DNA from: Marsupella aquatica
Taxonomy: Eukaryota > Plantae > Marchantiophyta
Length of the DNA: 64,000 nucleotides
Assembly: GCA_973895155.1 (NCBI GenBank)
Contig: OZ316892.1
Span: 17,722,357 to 17,786,356 of the forward strand
Reading direction: 5' to 3'
Part shown: one piece after another, positions 20,292-32,808 of the stretch
Layout of the letters: every line of letters begins with the position of its first letter
Numbering within the stretch: position 1 is the stretch's first letter
Notes under the pieces: model-generated
The model's database searches: none
What the model was told of the DNA's origin: nothing
Seen by the model: only the letters and a program-made list of their open reading frames with translations
Translations under genes and position numbers: made by a program

Positions 20292-23200
20292 TCAAGTATC
20301 ATGTGGAGCAGTAGCCTCCACGGTCATCATGCGTCGCACGCTCCGTAGTCCAATCGCCTGGCAGTGTCGGTGGTGAACTGATGGCGATAGTGATTTGGTG
20401 AAGAGATCCGCACAGTTGTCTGCACTTGAAATCTGCAAAATATTGATCTCTTTTCCATGTAACTCGTGGGTGTAGAAAAATTTCGGAGCTATATGCTTCA
20501 CGCGATCGCCTTTGATGAATCCTTTCGAGATCTGCTGTATACATGCTGCGTTATCCTCAAAAATGTTAGTAGGCTTCGTTAGTGGTGGTAGGCCGCATTT
20601 GGTGTTGATGTGATTTATAAAGGATCGTAACCAAACGGCTTCACGACTAGCCTCATGTAGAGCTAAGATTTCTGAGTGATTTGATGAGGTTGCTGTTAGG
20701 GTCTGTTTCACGCTTTTCCAAGAAAAAGCGGTACCCCCTATAGTAAAAACATATCCAGTTTGGGATTTTGCGGTGTCAGTGTCGGAGAGATATCCGGCAT
20801 CCGCATATCCTATGAGTTCGTGGTTTGTACCAAATGGGTAAAATAACCCGGTATCGGTGGTTCCACGTAGATATCTAAATACGTGTTTAACTCCGTTTCA
20901 GTGTCTGGCTGTGGGAGTTGCACTGTGTCTGGCTAGTAAGTTAACTGCAAATGCAATGTTTGGCCTAGTCTGATTTGCTAGGTACATTAATGCTCCTATC
21001 GCAGAAAGATACGGAGTTTCTGGTCCTAATAGTGGTTTGTGTTCTTCGCGTTTGCGAAAAACATCAGTATTGTTTTCTAATGAACGTACAATCATTGGTG
21101 ATGTCAATGGGTGTGCTAGGTTCATATTGAACTATTTTAGGATCTTTTCAGTTTGTGTTGTTTGATGGAGCATCATGCCAGTGGGTAGGATCTCTAGTTG
21201 TAAGCCTAAGCAAAAGTTTGTATGTCCAAGGTCTTTCATCTCAAATATGGATTTAAGGCTGGTAATAGTATCTTCTGTAAGTTGGGGTGTCCCAAATATA
21301 TTTAAGTCATCAACATAAATAGAAACGATGACATATTCATCATCCACATGTTTAATAAATAAACATGGTGTAATGGCATCATGGGAAAAACCCATGGCAA
21401 TCATTTCATCAGTAAATCTTTGATACCATACTCTGCCACTTTGTTTCAGGCCATATAATGCCTTCAACACGCGGATAGCTAGTCCGCGGTGAGTATTCCG
21501 TACGTTTGACACAACGGTGTCGTTATTATGAGTTATATGTGTAGATGACACATGAGGTGTAACTTGAGATAATTGTTTTATAATCTTATGTAAATATGGA
21601 ATATGCGATTTAGCGCCTTGAGCTAAAGCTCGGCGTCGTTGCTCCAACTCAGGAGGTGATCGCATGTATAGACAAGTGTCTAAAATGCCATATAGATATG
21701 CAGTTGCAACATCCAGTTGTCGCATTTGTAGTTTATGGAAAATGGCAAATCCGATGAGATATCGGAATGTTGTGCTATCCATAAACGGTGAATAGGTTTC
21801 ATCGTAATGAATTCCCGGTTGTTGTGTAAATCCTTTCCCTACCAGACGTGCTTTATAGCGTACAACTTGGCCTTTATCATTTCTTTTGCGGACAAATGTC
21901 CACTTGTAGCCAAATAGGTGTACGTCTTGCGGTGTTGGCTCGACTGGGCCAAAAGTGTGTCTGCTGAGTAGGGAATCTAATTCTCCATTTATAGCTTTTT
22001 GCCATTCAGGCCAATCTGGTCTGTTTTGGCATTCTACGATAGATATTGGTTCGGGTGTATCGTCAGTAATATGTGTTGCCACCATTAATGCAAAAGCATC
22101 ATCTATGGAAGTAGTATTTCTATCCCACATCGCACCTGTGTGTGCGTAGTGGATAGAGATCTCTTCATGGGATGTAGATTCGGTATGATCGACATCAGAT
22201 GAAGGTGGTATAGATGAACCACGCCTTCGTGGTTGTTTATCTTTTGATCCCAAAGGTCTGCCTCGTTTTGCACGAGGTTGGGATGTACTTGCTGGCTCAT
22301 TTGATAATTCAATGCGAGCAGGTACTCTCGCAGCTGGGATATGTGAGCGGCTAACTTGTGATGTATCGACGAAAGCATCGGGAAGTTCTTCCACAATCTT
22401 GTGGAGTTGTAGAATTCTTTGAACTTCTTTCTCCCCTTAATTGGTTCTAAGGTCTTGCCAAAATGGCGAATGTCTTTCCCACTCCAAAGGTGGTTGTGGG
22501 TGTTTAGGGGTTATTAATGATGGATAAACATGTTCATCAAAATGGCAATCTAGGAATCTAGATTTAAAAATGTCGCCAATTGTAGGCTCCATATATCGGA
22601 TTATGGACGGTGAGTCGAATCCGATGTATATCCCCAACTATCGTTGGGGTCCCATCTTGGTTCGTTTAGGTGGAGTAATGGGGACCATTACTTGACGTCC
22701 AAATGAACGAAGATGTGATAGGTCAGGTTTAATACCATTAGCAATTTGGTATGGGCTATAGGTATTAAAGGCCGATGGGCGGTATTGGATTAATGCATTA
22801 GCTTGTAATATGGCGTGTCCCCATGCTGAGACGGGGAGTTTTGACTGCATTAGTAATGGGCGTGCAATTAACTGAAGGTGTTTAATGACCGCTTCAGCTA
22901 ATCCGTTCTGAAAATGCACGTGAGGTACAGGATATTGTACGTCTATGCCAAGTGATGTGCAAAAGTCATCAAATATTTTGGATGTGAATTCCCCAGCATT
23001 GTCTACCCTTAGTGTCTTAATGGGGTGGTCGAGGAATTGTGCTTTCACGCGCAGGATTTACGCCAAAATACGAGGTATAACCATGTTCCTCGTTGAAAGC
23101 AGTGTCACATTTGACCATTTAGTTGATGCGTCGATCCATAAAGTAGCGGAAAGGTCCGCTCGGAGGGTTAATTGGCCCGCAAACATCGGCGTGGATTATT

Positions 23201-24986
23201 TCCAAGAATTTGGGTATGTTGGTTGGCAATTTTGATGCCGTGGGCCTTGTTATTAATTTGCCGCGTGAGCATGCAGTGCATGGGGTGCTAGCTGAAATGT
23301 GGCGTGTATTGATTGGAATGCCACTTGAATTCTTAATTATTTTGCTTAGCATTGATTGGCCGGGGTGGCCGAGGCGTGCATGCCAAAGCGCGGGCAATTC
23401 ACTTGTTTGGGCATTGTTATGCAGGCATTCAATATGTGTTACATAAAACCCGCAAGGATACGAGAAAAGTGTTTCTTTAATGATTTTCCCCGTAGGGGTA
23501 TTTCAACCAAGTGTATCACTTCCTGATCTCTTGTGTCGCCCGTCTGGACATGTAGTCCATTTGCTCGTATATCTCTAAAATTGAGGAGATTACGGGTTGC
23601 GTTCGGGGCAAAAATGACAGATTCTATGTGAATCACTGTACCCTACGGTAGTCTAATGGAAGCTGGGCCGAAGCCTTCTTCTATTTGGCTAGGGCCATTT
23701 ATAGTGGTCAGGGATCTACGTGAGGGTGTAATCTTGTGGAAAAGGTGCCTATCCCTGAGGATAGTGTGCGTGGTCGCACTGTCGATAATACATGTGCTTG
23801 GGCTATTTAAATCTGGTGTAGTGGAGCTACTTGCCACTAAGTGTGCCTCGGGTTGGGCAAGTAGGTCTGAAAAGTCTTGGAATGGGTCGCTAGACTCCAT
23901 AAACGCCCCGTGGGTTTCACGGGGTGGTGCCCTAGAGGTTTGTCCATCCCTGAGGGATCGTTGATATAGCTCTTTAAGGTGTTGCGGGATTCTACAGTTT
24001 CTGGCTAGGTGGTTGGTCATGCCACATGCATGGCATTTCGGTCGTTCCCGTTGTTGTCGGGGTTGTGACCAATCATTTCTACGGTTGTTGTTATATGTTC
24101 TACCACCGCTGCGTCCGCCACGTCCTCCTCCTCCTCCTCCTCCTCCACGTCCTTCTCGTCCACCACGTCCTCTAAAGGTTCGTTGGGAGTTATATTGTGG
24201 ACGTTGGTTATAGAAACTCCCCCTGTTGTGGGTGTTTCTCCCCCTGTTGTGGGTGTTTCTCCCCCTGTTGTGGGTGTTTCTCCGGTTGCTATTCTTAGTG
24301 CGTTTAATGTCTTGCCTCGATGTGGAGGGTTCATCACTTTCTATGTTATGGGTTTCATTCTGTTGTCCTGGGGGCATTGTGCCCGTAGGTCATTTTCTAG
24401 AGTTTACGAAAAGAAGTTCTTGGTTTCTTTCGGTGACCAGGAGGTGGGCTATGAGCTCGGAGTATTGCCCGAACTTCATGTTTCGATACTGTGTTGATAG
24501 CCACACATTCGATGAATGAAATGTCGACAAGGTCTTCTCTAGCAGATCCTTGTCTGTGACCGGCTCGCCACATAGTGCGAGGGTTGATGTTATTCTAAAG
24601 AGTTCGCTATTGTAGGCTAAAATAGAGGTAAAGTCTTGGACTCGCAGGTTTAGCCAGTCTTGTCTGGCTTTAGGTAGTTCAACCAATTTTTGGTGGTCGA
24701 ATCGGGTTTGGAGCGCTGTCCAAAGTTCACGAGGGGTTGAGAGGTGCATGTATTGTCTTTGTAGGAATCTATGGATATGGCGTCTAAGGAATACAAGGGC
24801 CTTAGATTCGTTGGCTTTAGTTAACGGGTCTGGTTGGGGTTCGCCGGCAAGGATGGGTTGAGCGAGCCCTATTGCGGGGAGTAGGGTTAGCGAGGTTAGG
24901 TTTTCTTTTAGGTTCATGGACCATTCTAGGTAGTTGCCGCCATCTATTTCTAGGGCGGGGAAGTTGAGTTTCTCAAGGTTGGTCAT
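20292..24986 (-). pseudogene. Copia gag-pol polyprotein, disrupted by several stops and frameshifts
   Basis: Gag MTNLEKLNFPALEIDGGNYLEW; zinc knuckle CHACGMTNHLARNC; protease IIDSATTH; GAG-pre-integrase WHARLGHP; integrase RVDNAGEF and NGLAE; RT KARLV, LYGLKQSGR, YVDDL; RNaseH GYADAGY and FEDNAAC. Confidence 0.95.
24217..24282 (-). repeat. 21-bp x3 coding tandem repeat in gag (RNTHNRG)
   Basis: CTCCCCCTGTTGTGGGTGTTT three times. Confidence 0.9.
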
Positions 24987-25901
24987 CTCTAAGGTCCTGG
25001 CGTGCAGCGTTGGTGTCCGTGTTTATATATAATATATATAGTCAAAAGACAATGCACATTTGCCGCATGTATTGTTGGAGAAAGGGTTGAGGAGAGCAAT
25101 CTAGGTCATTGGCGAGTAAAGCAGGAATGTTTGGGTTTTTGCAGAATTTAGGGTTTGCACTTATTAAGTTGGTTTTCTTTGTGAATGTATAACTGCAAGA
25201 TTTCGTTTGTATTATTTTTTTCTTTGTTAATCTGTGCAGTAATGAGGTTTTGCAGTTTGTGCAGTTATGGGTGGTAATTTACTCGTGCCTTGGTTAAGTG
25301 CACATGCGGCTTTGTAAGGTTGATTTTCTTTGTTACAAAATGCAATTATGGAGGTTTTTCGGTTATTTGCACTTAGATAGTTATGTGCCTGGGTTTCTTT
25401 GTGTGCAGGAAATGGCTTTGTAAAACTGTGCAATTAAGGAGGGTAGTTTGCTTATCGGTTTTCCCTCGTTATTCTGCCTTGCATTGTTGCTCAATTTGGC
25501 GCCTTCTCCGCTCGATGCCTTTCTAGTGCTCCTTTGGTGCCTTTTCAACTCTTTGCCTCTACGCCTTCGATTACTCCTCGCCTCTCTTTTGTTTCTTACG
25601 ATCTGTTTCTTGATCCTCGTTTCACAGTCGGGGGAATCTTTAAGGCTGCTCGGCGTTTCTCGCTCTATGACAATCGCCGCCCTCTAAAATTTTTCTCGCT
25701 TTCTCACTGCGCCTCGTGTCAGAGATCAAGGTCCTTATAGTCTCTCTCGCTTTTCCTGCTTCGCTGCTCTTATGGATTCCTCTCAATTGTTCCGCTCAGC
25801 CTTTGTTTATGGAGTCGCGATGCTGCCTGCTTTCTTTGATCCTTATGAGATTATCATTGTCTTCTTCTTCTTTCTTTCTTTTTGGCTCCGCTGGTAAGTC
25901 C

Positions 25902-25915
25902 TCGTGCTGATAACG
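25902..25915 (-). other. Primer-binding site complementary to the anticodon arm of tRNA-Ile (half-tRNA priming)
   Basis: Minus-strand CGTTATCAGCACGA lies directly inside the 5' LTR. It is complementary to UCGUGCU-IAU-AACG of plant tRNA-Ile(AAU/IAU), as recalled. Confidence 0.8.
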
Positions 25916-26023
25916 TGTGAGAATAGAATGAATCATGTATAGTCTGTGGCGGTTGGTACATATAGTGGTGCCGGTCCGGTGACTGGCTGATCCGGTCGTC
26001 CGGTCACCAAGTAGAGTCTAACA
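25916..26023 (-). repeat. 5' LTR (108 bp)
   Basis: Same as 19873-19980 except CCGGTCCGG vs CCGGTCTGG; followed by AATCT. Confidence 0.95.
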
Positions 26024-28938
26024 AATCTTAGTTATTCTTAGTTGCACAGTTACACACATTGAGAGCTTTCCATGCACCACCATGAACTCAAAGAAGAAAG
26101 AACATTACAGGCTTTCTGACTGAACGAAGTAAGTCCAGAAGTGTGACCTCACTGCACGCAGTTGGTATCCCAGGGTATGGTAACCATGGTTTTGTAGTTT
26201 TGCACAAAATACTTAGAAACTCCTGTGATGGAGACTGGCTATAGTAGATACAAAGACTTTATTCAATCTTAGTGCGACTAACAAACTCTTTGGTCACTTA
26301 CCTGGTAAGTAAGAGAGGATCTGCGACATGCGATATCGTTTGGGGCAACCTAGAGTAACTGGGCTTTGAGGCTATTTGTTTTGCGACAATAGTTACGCCA
26401 AGGGAAAACAAACATTCATGGTTAAAAGTGTAGTATCTGGCCCCACTAAGGGTGGCTTTATAAGAAGTAGGGGGTCAATGTCTTCATTTAATTCCCTTTG
26501 AGATTAAAATCTGGACAATATCATGAGTGAAAACAATTGTAGATGGCTTTACAACAACTTGGGGGTCATTCAGGTTTGGTGTCTATCGATCCTGCTGTAG
26601 TGCTGTACAGTCATAGCAAAGAGTGGGCCCAAGTATATGGTGATGTGGAGTGTTGTTTTGTCTAGAATTTTAAACCTGGTGAGGTGGTCCAAATATTTGC
26701 AACTTTGTCTTTTCATTCAACCCATTTGCATTTATTGAAATTCATTTCAAAAAGATTATTGTATGGTAACTATCTTTAGACCAAGAGGTGGCCCTTTTGA
26801 AAAAGTTATAAGTACCCTCAATCTTACTTATAAAGTGCAAAGAGAAACTATGGTGAAGGTCTAGACTTCTAGAGTGGAAAGTCTAATAAACACAAAACTG
26901 ACACTAATAAACACAAAACTGAAATGCATATCAAAAACTTGGATGGGAGCGAAAACGAAAAGGAAACAACTTAGATTCTTCTGCAATGTTTTTTTGGTCT
27001 TAATTCATACACGTGTCTGATAAATCCTCCTTGACTCCTTGAGTTCCCAAATCCCCATCCAGAGTCTTTAGAACAAGAGGTGGCACTCTTGAAAAAAGTT
27101 AGTACCCTCAATGTCTCATAGGGCCACCTTAATAAGTCCCCAGATCCCAATCCAGTGTCAAAGACCGTAGAAACTGGCAGGTATAATATTACCATTCAGA
27201 AGTGTCGAAGATGACCCTAAATCAAATAGAGTCTAAATTCTGTCTCAAGACAGGAGCCGCTGGGATTATCGATCGTCTACTGCTCGAACCTATCGAAAAT
27301 TCATAGCACAATAGGTGCCGAAAGACCATAGCCTGTGGTACAATTCAGTGGTCTACGAATGTGCATCTGCAGTGTCTGTTATGTAGTACTGACTCGATCA
27401 CGACTGAACGACGAATTACCGGACCTAGTGGCAGGTTCACATTTGTGTCCAATCATGGACTGCACACTTACCGTACTCTTAGAAGCTACGTCCCGGCCAA
27501 AAAGCAAAAAACGGACTGCAATCATCGCCTTCGACTGGTCCTACCATCGAATTCTTTTTCGTTCACATTCCATAAATCCATGTAGCTTTGGCCCCACCGG
27601 ATACATCACACATGACTTTACTCTCGCATAAAAGTGAAAAAAGCGGCTTGATTGCATAACGGCAGCACCCTTCAATTCCCACTTACTTCACTCTCAACAA
27701 CAACATTTTAACAATCTTTGGTGGGACCCTGCTTTGCTGTAAGTTACGAGGTAAACTCCCATGATCATGCCCAGCAGGACATGTACCAGAATCGTGAATA
27801 GGGCTGCAGCACAGAAGCCAAAATAAAATCCAAGCTGAAAATCTTGAGTTTCAGTTTCACTACTCAATACCAGGATCCGATCAAGTCAAGGTTACAATAA
27901 GCTAAAGTTGGTATAAGATATGATCTCCTGTACTATCCTGTGTTCATCAAACAGGAGCTGCCGTCAACTGCCACCTAAAACAGCGAAACATAAATTTTTC
28001 TCATGTAACCTGACGATGACTCCAGCTCCGATGAGCGAAAGTGTGTTCATGAGCCTAGATTCCGATTCGAGAGTCGCTCTAACTGATGAAGGAATTCGTC
28101 CACCTCTGATTCCAATTCATGAAATTCAGTGTAGCCAGGCAAATTAACACAAATCGTGCTGAGCATCTCTAGATAGCCCAATGTAGACTGGCCGGGAAGC
28201 AGCCCGCAAGCCTTGCAAGTGGAACTTAGTCGGGAGGCATCAGGGCGTTTGATACAGACGACAAGGTGAAATCATTTTTACGTAGAATGCCAACTTGTGG
28301 GCTCCCGTATCTAGTTCGAAGAGAGAGGATGAGTGACAGACAAAGCAACACAGATATTTGTTCCAAACCGCTCAGGCTGGAGAAGAACCAAAGAAAGCAT
28401 TCATTGCTGCAAAAGAATACGAAAAGGTCGATATGAACGTAAAAACTGCAAACCCCAACTGTGGGTAACTTGATCACTTCGTATTGCTCGATCAGCAAGA
28501 GCTTGAAAAATTCCCATCTCCCCTCAATTCGATTGCTTCAATCACAATCCAGTACTGCTGCCCAGCACCACGTTGTCTCCAGAAGCAAAGTTATCCAGAA
28601 CCTGCGCGCTCGTCAGTCTACCTTTTGTTTTCGATGAATTGACAGGGAATGACAGGCAATGCAGCTAGCGGGGCAGGTAGGTCTAGGTCCATAGAGCAGA
28701 ATCTATTGGCCTGCATTGACAGCAACAAATCGCTCATTAATACAATACAAGCTCGCATCATGAATCGATCGGAAGTAAGTGAAGCTGTACATTCTTCGGA
28801 GGAGCGAAAGAGTTTCCAGCCCGTCCACCCCATGAGCACGACCATGGCCCATGCCCAAGTCTCACACACGTAAGTTGCTGACCGAACCAAGTGAAGTGCA
28901 CTGAACCACCTGAGTGCAGACTAGACTCCCTGGATCAT

Positions 28939-29085
28939 ATCACCGACCAACACTTATCCAGGGAATGCACTATTTTGTGAGTGCATCACCGACCAACACT
29001 TATCCAGGGAATGCACTATTTTGTGAATGCATGGGATGTCATTTATGCACTATTTTGTGAGTACATGGGATGTCATTTATGCACT
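28939..29085 (+). repeat. Nested short tandem repeats
   Basis: ATCACCGACCAACACTTATCCAGGGAATGCACTATTTTGTGA x2, then CATGGGATGTCATTTATGCACT x2. Confidence 0.85.
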
Positions 29086-30614
29086 TTGGTTGTGTTGTAG
29101 AGTCATATATATATCAGACTTCTCATACCCTGAGCTCTCACATAGCACACAACCTACTGATAACTGCAAAAAACTACATAAGTGTATAAGTGTATAAAAC
29201 TGCACATATACACTTATAGATAGAAATGCATTTATCTATTGTTATTTAGGGAGGGTCAACCTGCACTCAACATGAAAATTGCATTTTTTGGCGAGTTTGC
29301 AATAGAAATTGAAATGTTAGGGGACTACGTTGTTGTCCCTGAATTAATCCACGTTGCAAACTGTATTGTTTTGTGTGTGTTTAAAAGAAAATTGCTCTAA
29401 TAAAAGGGGATTACATGGTTGGCCTGCAGTTGTCCACGCTGCCCATTAGGCACCGTTCACTCTAGAGTGTTTTCTCTAGTGTTCGGATCTGAAATACTCA
29501 AACCCTATCCAAGGGTAAGATAATAAAAAATAATGTACACACACATTCAAGAGAAGACATCCCAAAGGAGTTCATTCTGCACAGGGGTAGAAAAATACCT
29601 GATAGAGGCAGGGAGAGCAAAGGACAACTCATCAAGGAGAGAGAACTTACTTAGAGGTGTTTGCTTATAAGGTGATAAAGTGCTCTTTGGTCAAGGACCT
29701 GGTAGAGTATTGTAGTGAATTTCAGCTCGCCACAGCTCTGAAACATTACCGTAGTGCCATCCAGTTTTGTACAACATATAAAAATTATTGAAAATGTAGG
29801 GTCCAGTAACAAAATGTGCTCGTCCCTGTGCAACCTGCAATAGTTAGGTCAGGGAATTTTAAGAATATTCGAAACATCATGGTCTAAAAATTCAGTTTTA
29901 GAATAGAAAATACTAAACTCAGCATCAAAAATGTCATTCTGGCATGTCAGCTAGTTCAACAAAACATTTTTACCACGGTACTTAAGTCTTGTGTAAGACC
30001 ATTTGTAGTAGACGCATTATAGCACAGTCATCCTGAGACTTCATTTATCATTTATTCAAATGATGTGGATCGACATAGATATGGCCCCACGGCTGCCTAT
30101 AGATGGTTTGGCAATGTAAAGCAGAAGCATTTCGCGAATATCCATCCTGAAGCATTTTCTAAATTTTGACACCCCCTAATAGTACAGAATGAAGCCAAAA
30201 TTCCATAGACAGCCTGGCTAGTGGGTCACTCCAGTATTTTAAAATATACTTGGAGGGCTATACTAAACCCTCCTCTACCTCTATGATGGAATATTGTATA
30301 CCACTAGAATGAAACCATAGGCAGTAATTTACTTGGTAGCATAAATGTTTTATATTTAGTGTATGTTTGTGACTAGGGCCGCTCGCAGGGAGTTTGCAGG
30401 TTATAGAGAGCTGTTTCTATGCTACATGCACATGTATTTTGGGCTAGCGTAAAGTTAGGTACATTTCTCCGAGCTGCCATTTCCGGCCTTGCTTGACATG
30501 TTGTTTCCGCACGGGGTTCAGCATTCATTTGACAATCTCTGTTCCATAGGATAACTAAGTATATATAGTTAGTACACTTCAGGGGACTAACTTTAGCTTT
30601 TGTGATTTCACCTA

Positions 30615-30842
30615 GCAAGATGTCAAGGAGAGACAAAGATATTGATGCAAGCTAGTGCAAGATGTAGAGGCAAGTGAAAGATGTTGAGATGAGGGCAAGA
30701 TATTGAGGCAAGGGCAAGATATTGAGGCAAGGGCAAGATGTCAAGGCAAGGGAAAACTGTCCAGGAGAGGCAAAGATGTCGAGTTGAGGGGAAAATGTTG
30801 AGGAGAGGCAAACATAGGCTTGAAGAGAGGGAGGGCAAGATG
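30615..30842 (+). repeat. Purine-rich degenerate repeat (GGCAAGAT(A/G)TTGAGG-like units)
   Basis: Repeated GGGCAAGATATTGAGGCAA / GCAAGATGT motifs. Confidence 0.65.
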
Positions 30843-31666
30843 TAAGTTAGCTTTTCATGTTTTTACCCAATTGAAATTCTTTTACTTATTTAATTTTTTT
30901 GGTCTCCCTATTCCCCCTACACCCCCCCCCCTCTCCTATCCTCTCCCTTTATTTCCTTGTGCTTTCCCCTCTGCCCTCTTAGTGCCTCGTCCTTGCCCCT
31001 CCCCCCTTTTTTCCCTTCAACATCATTAATAAGAGTAAAAAAAATTGGGAAGAAAAGACAATTAACCTTAAAAAATTAAAATCTTCATTTTAAAAGCAAA
31101 AGCCAAAAACAATCTCATGTCAATCTAGTCAACTTTCCATGCAAAAAATCATTATCTCAAGTCAATTTATTTTCACTTTAATCATCCATGCTAAAATGTA
31201 CTCTAAATAAACTATAAAATAATCTACTTCCACTTTAATACTCCATGTAAAAAAGTATTATAAACAAGCTACAAAATAGCTACACGAAACATATTCAAGT
31301 ACTTTCTTACATATTACACCTTGTACTATAACTTAGAACCAATCTTAGGTACCTATCTCATTCAATCCAATTGACTTTAATTTAGACAATATGGTTAAGC
31401 ATTGTTCCCTCCTTTTTCACTTTTGTAATGGTACAATGGACAAAAACTAGCAATATTTGCTATTATAGTAGTAGGTATATATTTAAGAAAGGGCAACAAT
31501 GTGCCAAACTTATTTCATAGTTGCAAGACCAGTGGAGCACACAGAAAAACAGACCCACCCCAGGGGCCAGGGTATTTGTGAGAGAATTTGTGACACAGAC
31601 AAAATAATGTGGACCTTGACAAAAGTGGTGTTACTTAGTATTGTTTTGTCGCAGCACATTATGTTG

Positions 31667-31912
31667 GGTGACAATGACTGTTAACCCCCTCCATCCCTCC
31701 TTTTCCTCAAGAGACTTTGGAGGCTACTGTCCCTGTAAAGTTGAGGGTGGCTTAATACAAAGGAAGCCCTGATATATCAGCTCGAAACCATGGATGGTGA
31801 CAATGACCGCTAACCCCCTCCCTCCCTGTCGTCAAGAGGTTTGTAGCTAGGCTACTGTCCCTTTAAAGTTAAGGGTGGGTTTTACTGTTGTCAATACAAA
31901 GGAAGCCCTGAT
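31667..31912 (+). repeat. Imperfect ~120-bp tandem duplication
   Basis: GGTGACAATGAC.G.TAACCCCCTCC...GGCTACTGTCCCT.TAAAGTT.AGGGTGG...AATACAAAGGAAGCCCTGAT twice. Confidence 0.75.
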
Positions 31913-32532
31913 TAAAATATTGCTCTCCGGTAGTCTCCAATTGCTGAAGTGCAGGAAAAGACCTGAAATGCCCTCGTGGTTAATTTGGTTGACCTCGACT
32001 TAACACCGGTACATGTGAAAGCAAAGGGTCTCACTATCAATCACCTCACCAACCACCCAAATCTCACGATAAGAGCTGTGCACCACACACATCATCATCT
32101 ACTCCATATTTATTTAAATTTGATGTGGTATGGTACATTCCGTCGCCAAAAGACCTGAGTGACGAAAACGGTGGTCAAGTTCCACACATTACCCTCAGCG
32201 GCTCAGTCTTCCTTCTTCAAAAGACCTGAGAGATGAAATAGGTGAACTTACATAGTTACAAGACCCTCAGCCACTCCTTGACTCCTGGACACGCTCACAT
32301 CCCAACTCCCAAGCTGCTGTCAATGAGTCAAAGTTCTGCTTACAGTACTCTGTGGCCAGCGAAGTGTTTGTAGTTAGTTTCGGCTGCTGTAGGAATATGT
32401 TCACCTGTTCCCATTCCTTCCTCATAGAATTCAAAGCCGACGGAGCACGAAAAGCAGTTGGCGCCATATATCCTTAGAACATGAAAAGACATAATTGAAA
32501 AGAAAATGAACATATTTTCATGTACCTTATTT

Positions 32533-32808
32533 CAGTGTTTTTTTTAGTGGCGAAAATTCGCTAGATTCCACTTCCCCAAAAATCCTTCGTCACTTTTGGC
32601 TAAAATTCGCTACTTTTTTGTTGTCTCATTAGCCAGTGTTCCACCTAATCCCAGGCCCCTTTAGCCAGAATCTAACGGCCCGCCTTAAATCTAGGAGATC
32701 TAACAGTCAAGAACATAATTGAATACAGAATCTTTTGAGCATCTTCTCCTTGACACACTTTACATTCGCCACCTTGGCGAAAAAGTGAAATCCTTAAAAA
32801 AAACACTG
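32533..32808. mobile_element. hAT-type MITE (276 bp)
   Basis: 14-bp TIRs CAGTGTTTTTTTTA / TAAAAAAAACACTG. Perfect 8-bp TSD CCTTATTT (32525-32532 and 32809-32816). Internal GGCGAAAA/TTCGC subterminal motifs. Confidence 0.9.

Larger units (their letters stand above)
19873..26023 (-). mobile_element. Full-length Ty1/copia LTR retrotransposon, Bianca-like lineage, pseudogenised
   Basis: 108-bp TG..CA LTRs at 19873-19980 and 25916-26023 with one mismatch. 5-bp TSD AATCT on both sides, PPT next to 19980, PBS next to 25916. Domain order on the minus strand is gag-PR-IN-RT-RNaseH. Confidence 0.97.

Noticed and set aside
28939-29085. Repeat cluster as a CRISPR-like array
   Set aside because: Eukaryotic context, tandem units without unique spacers, and no cas genes.
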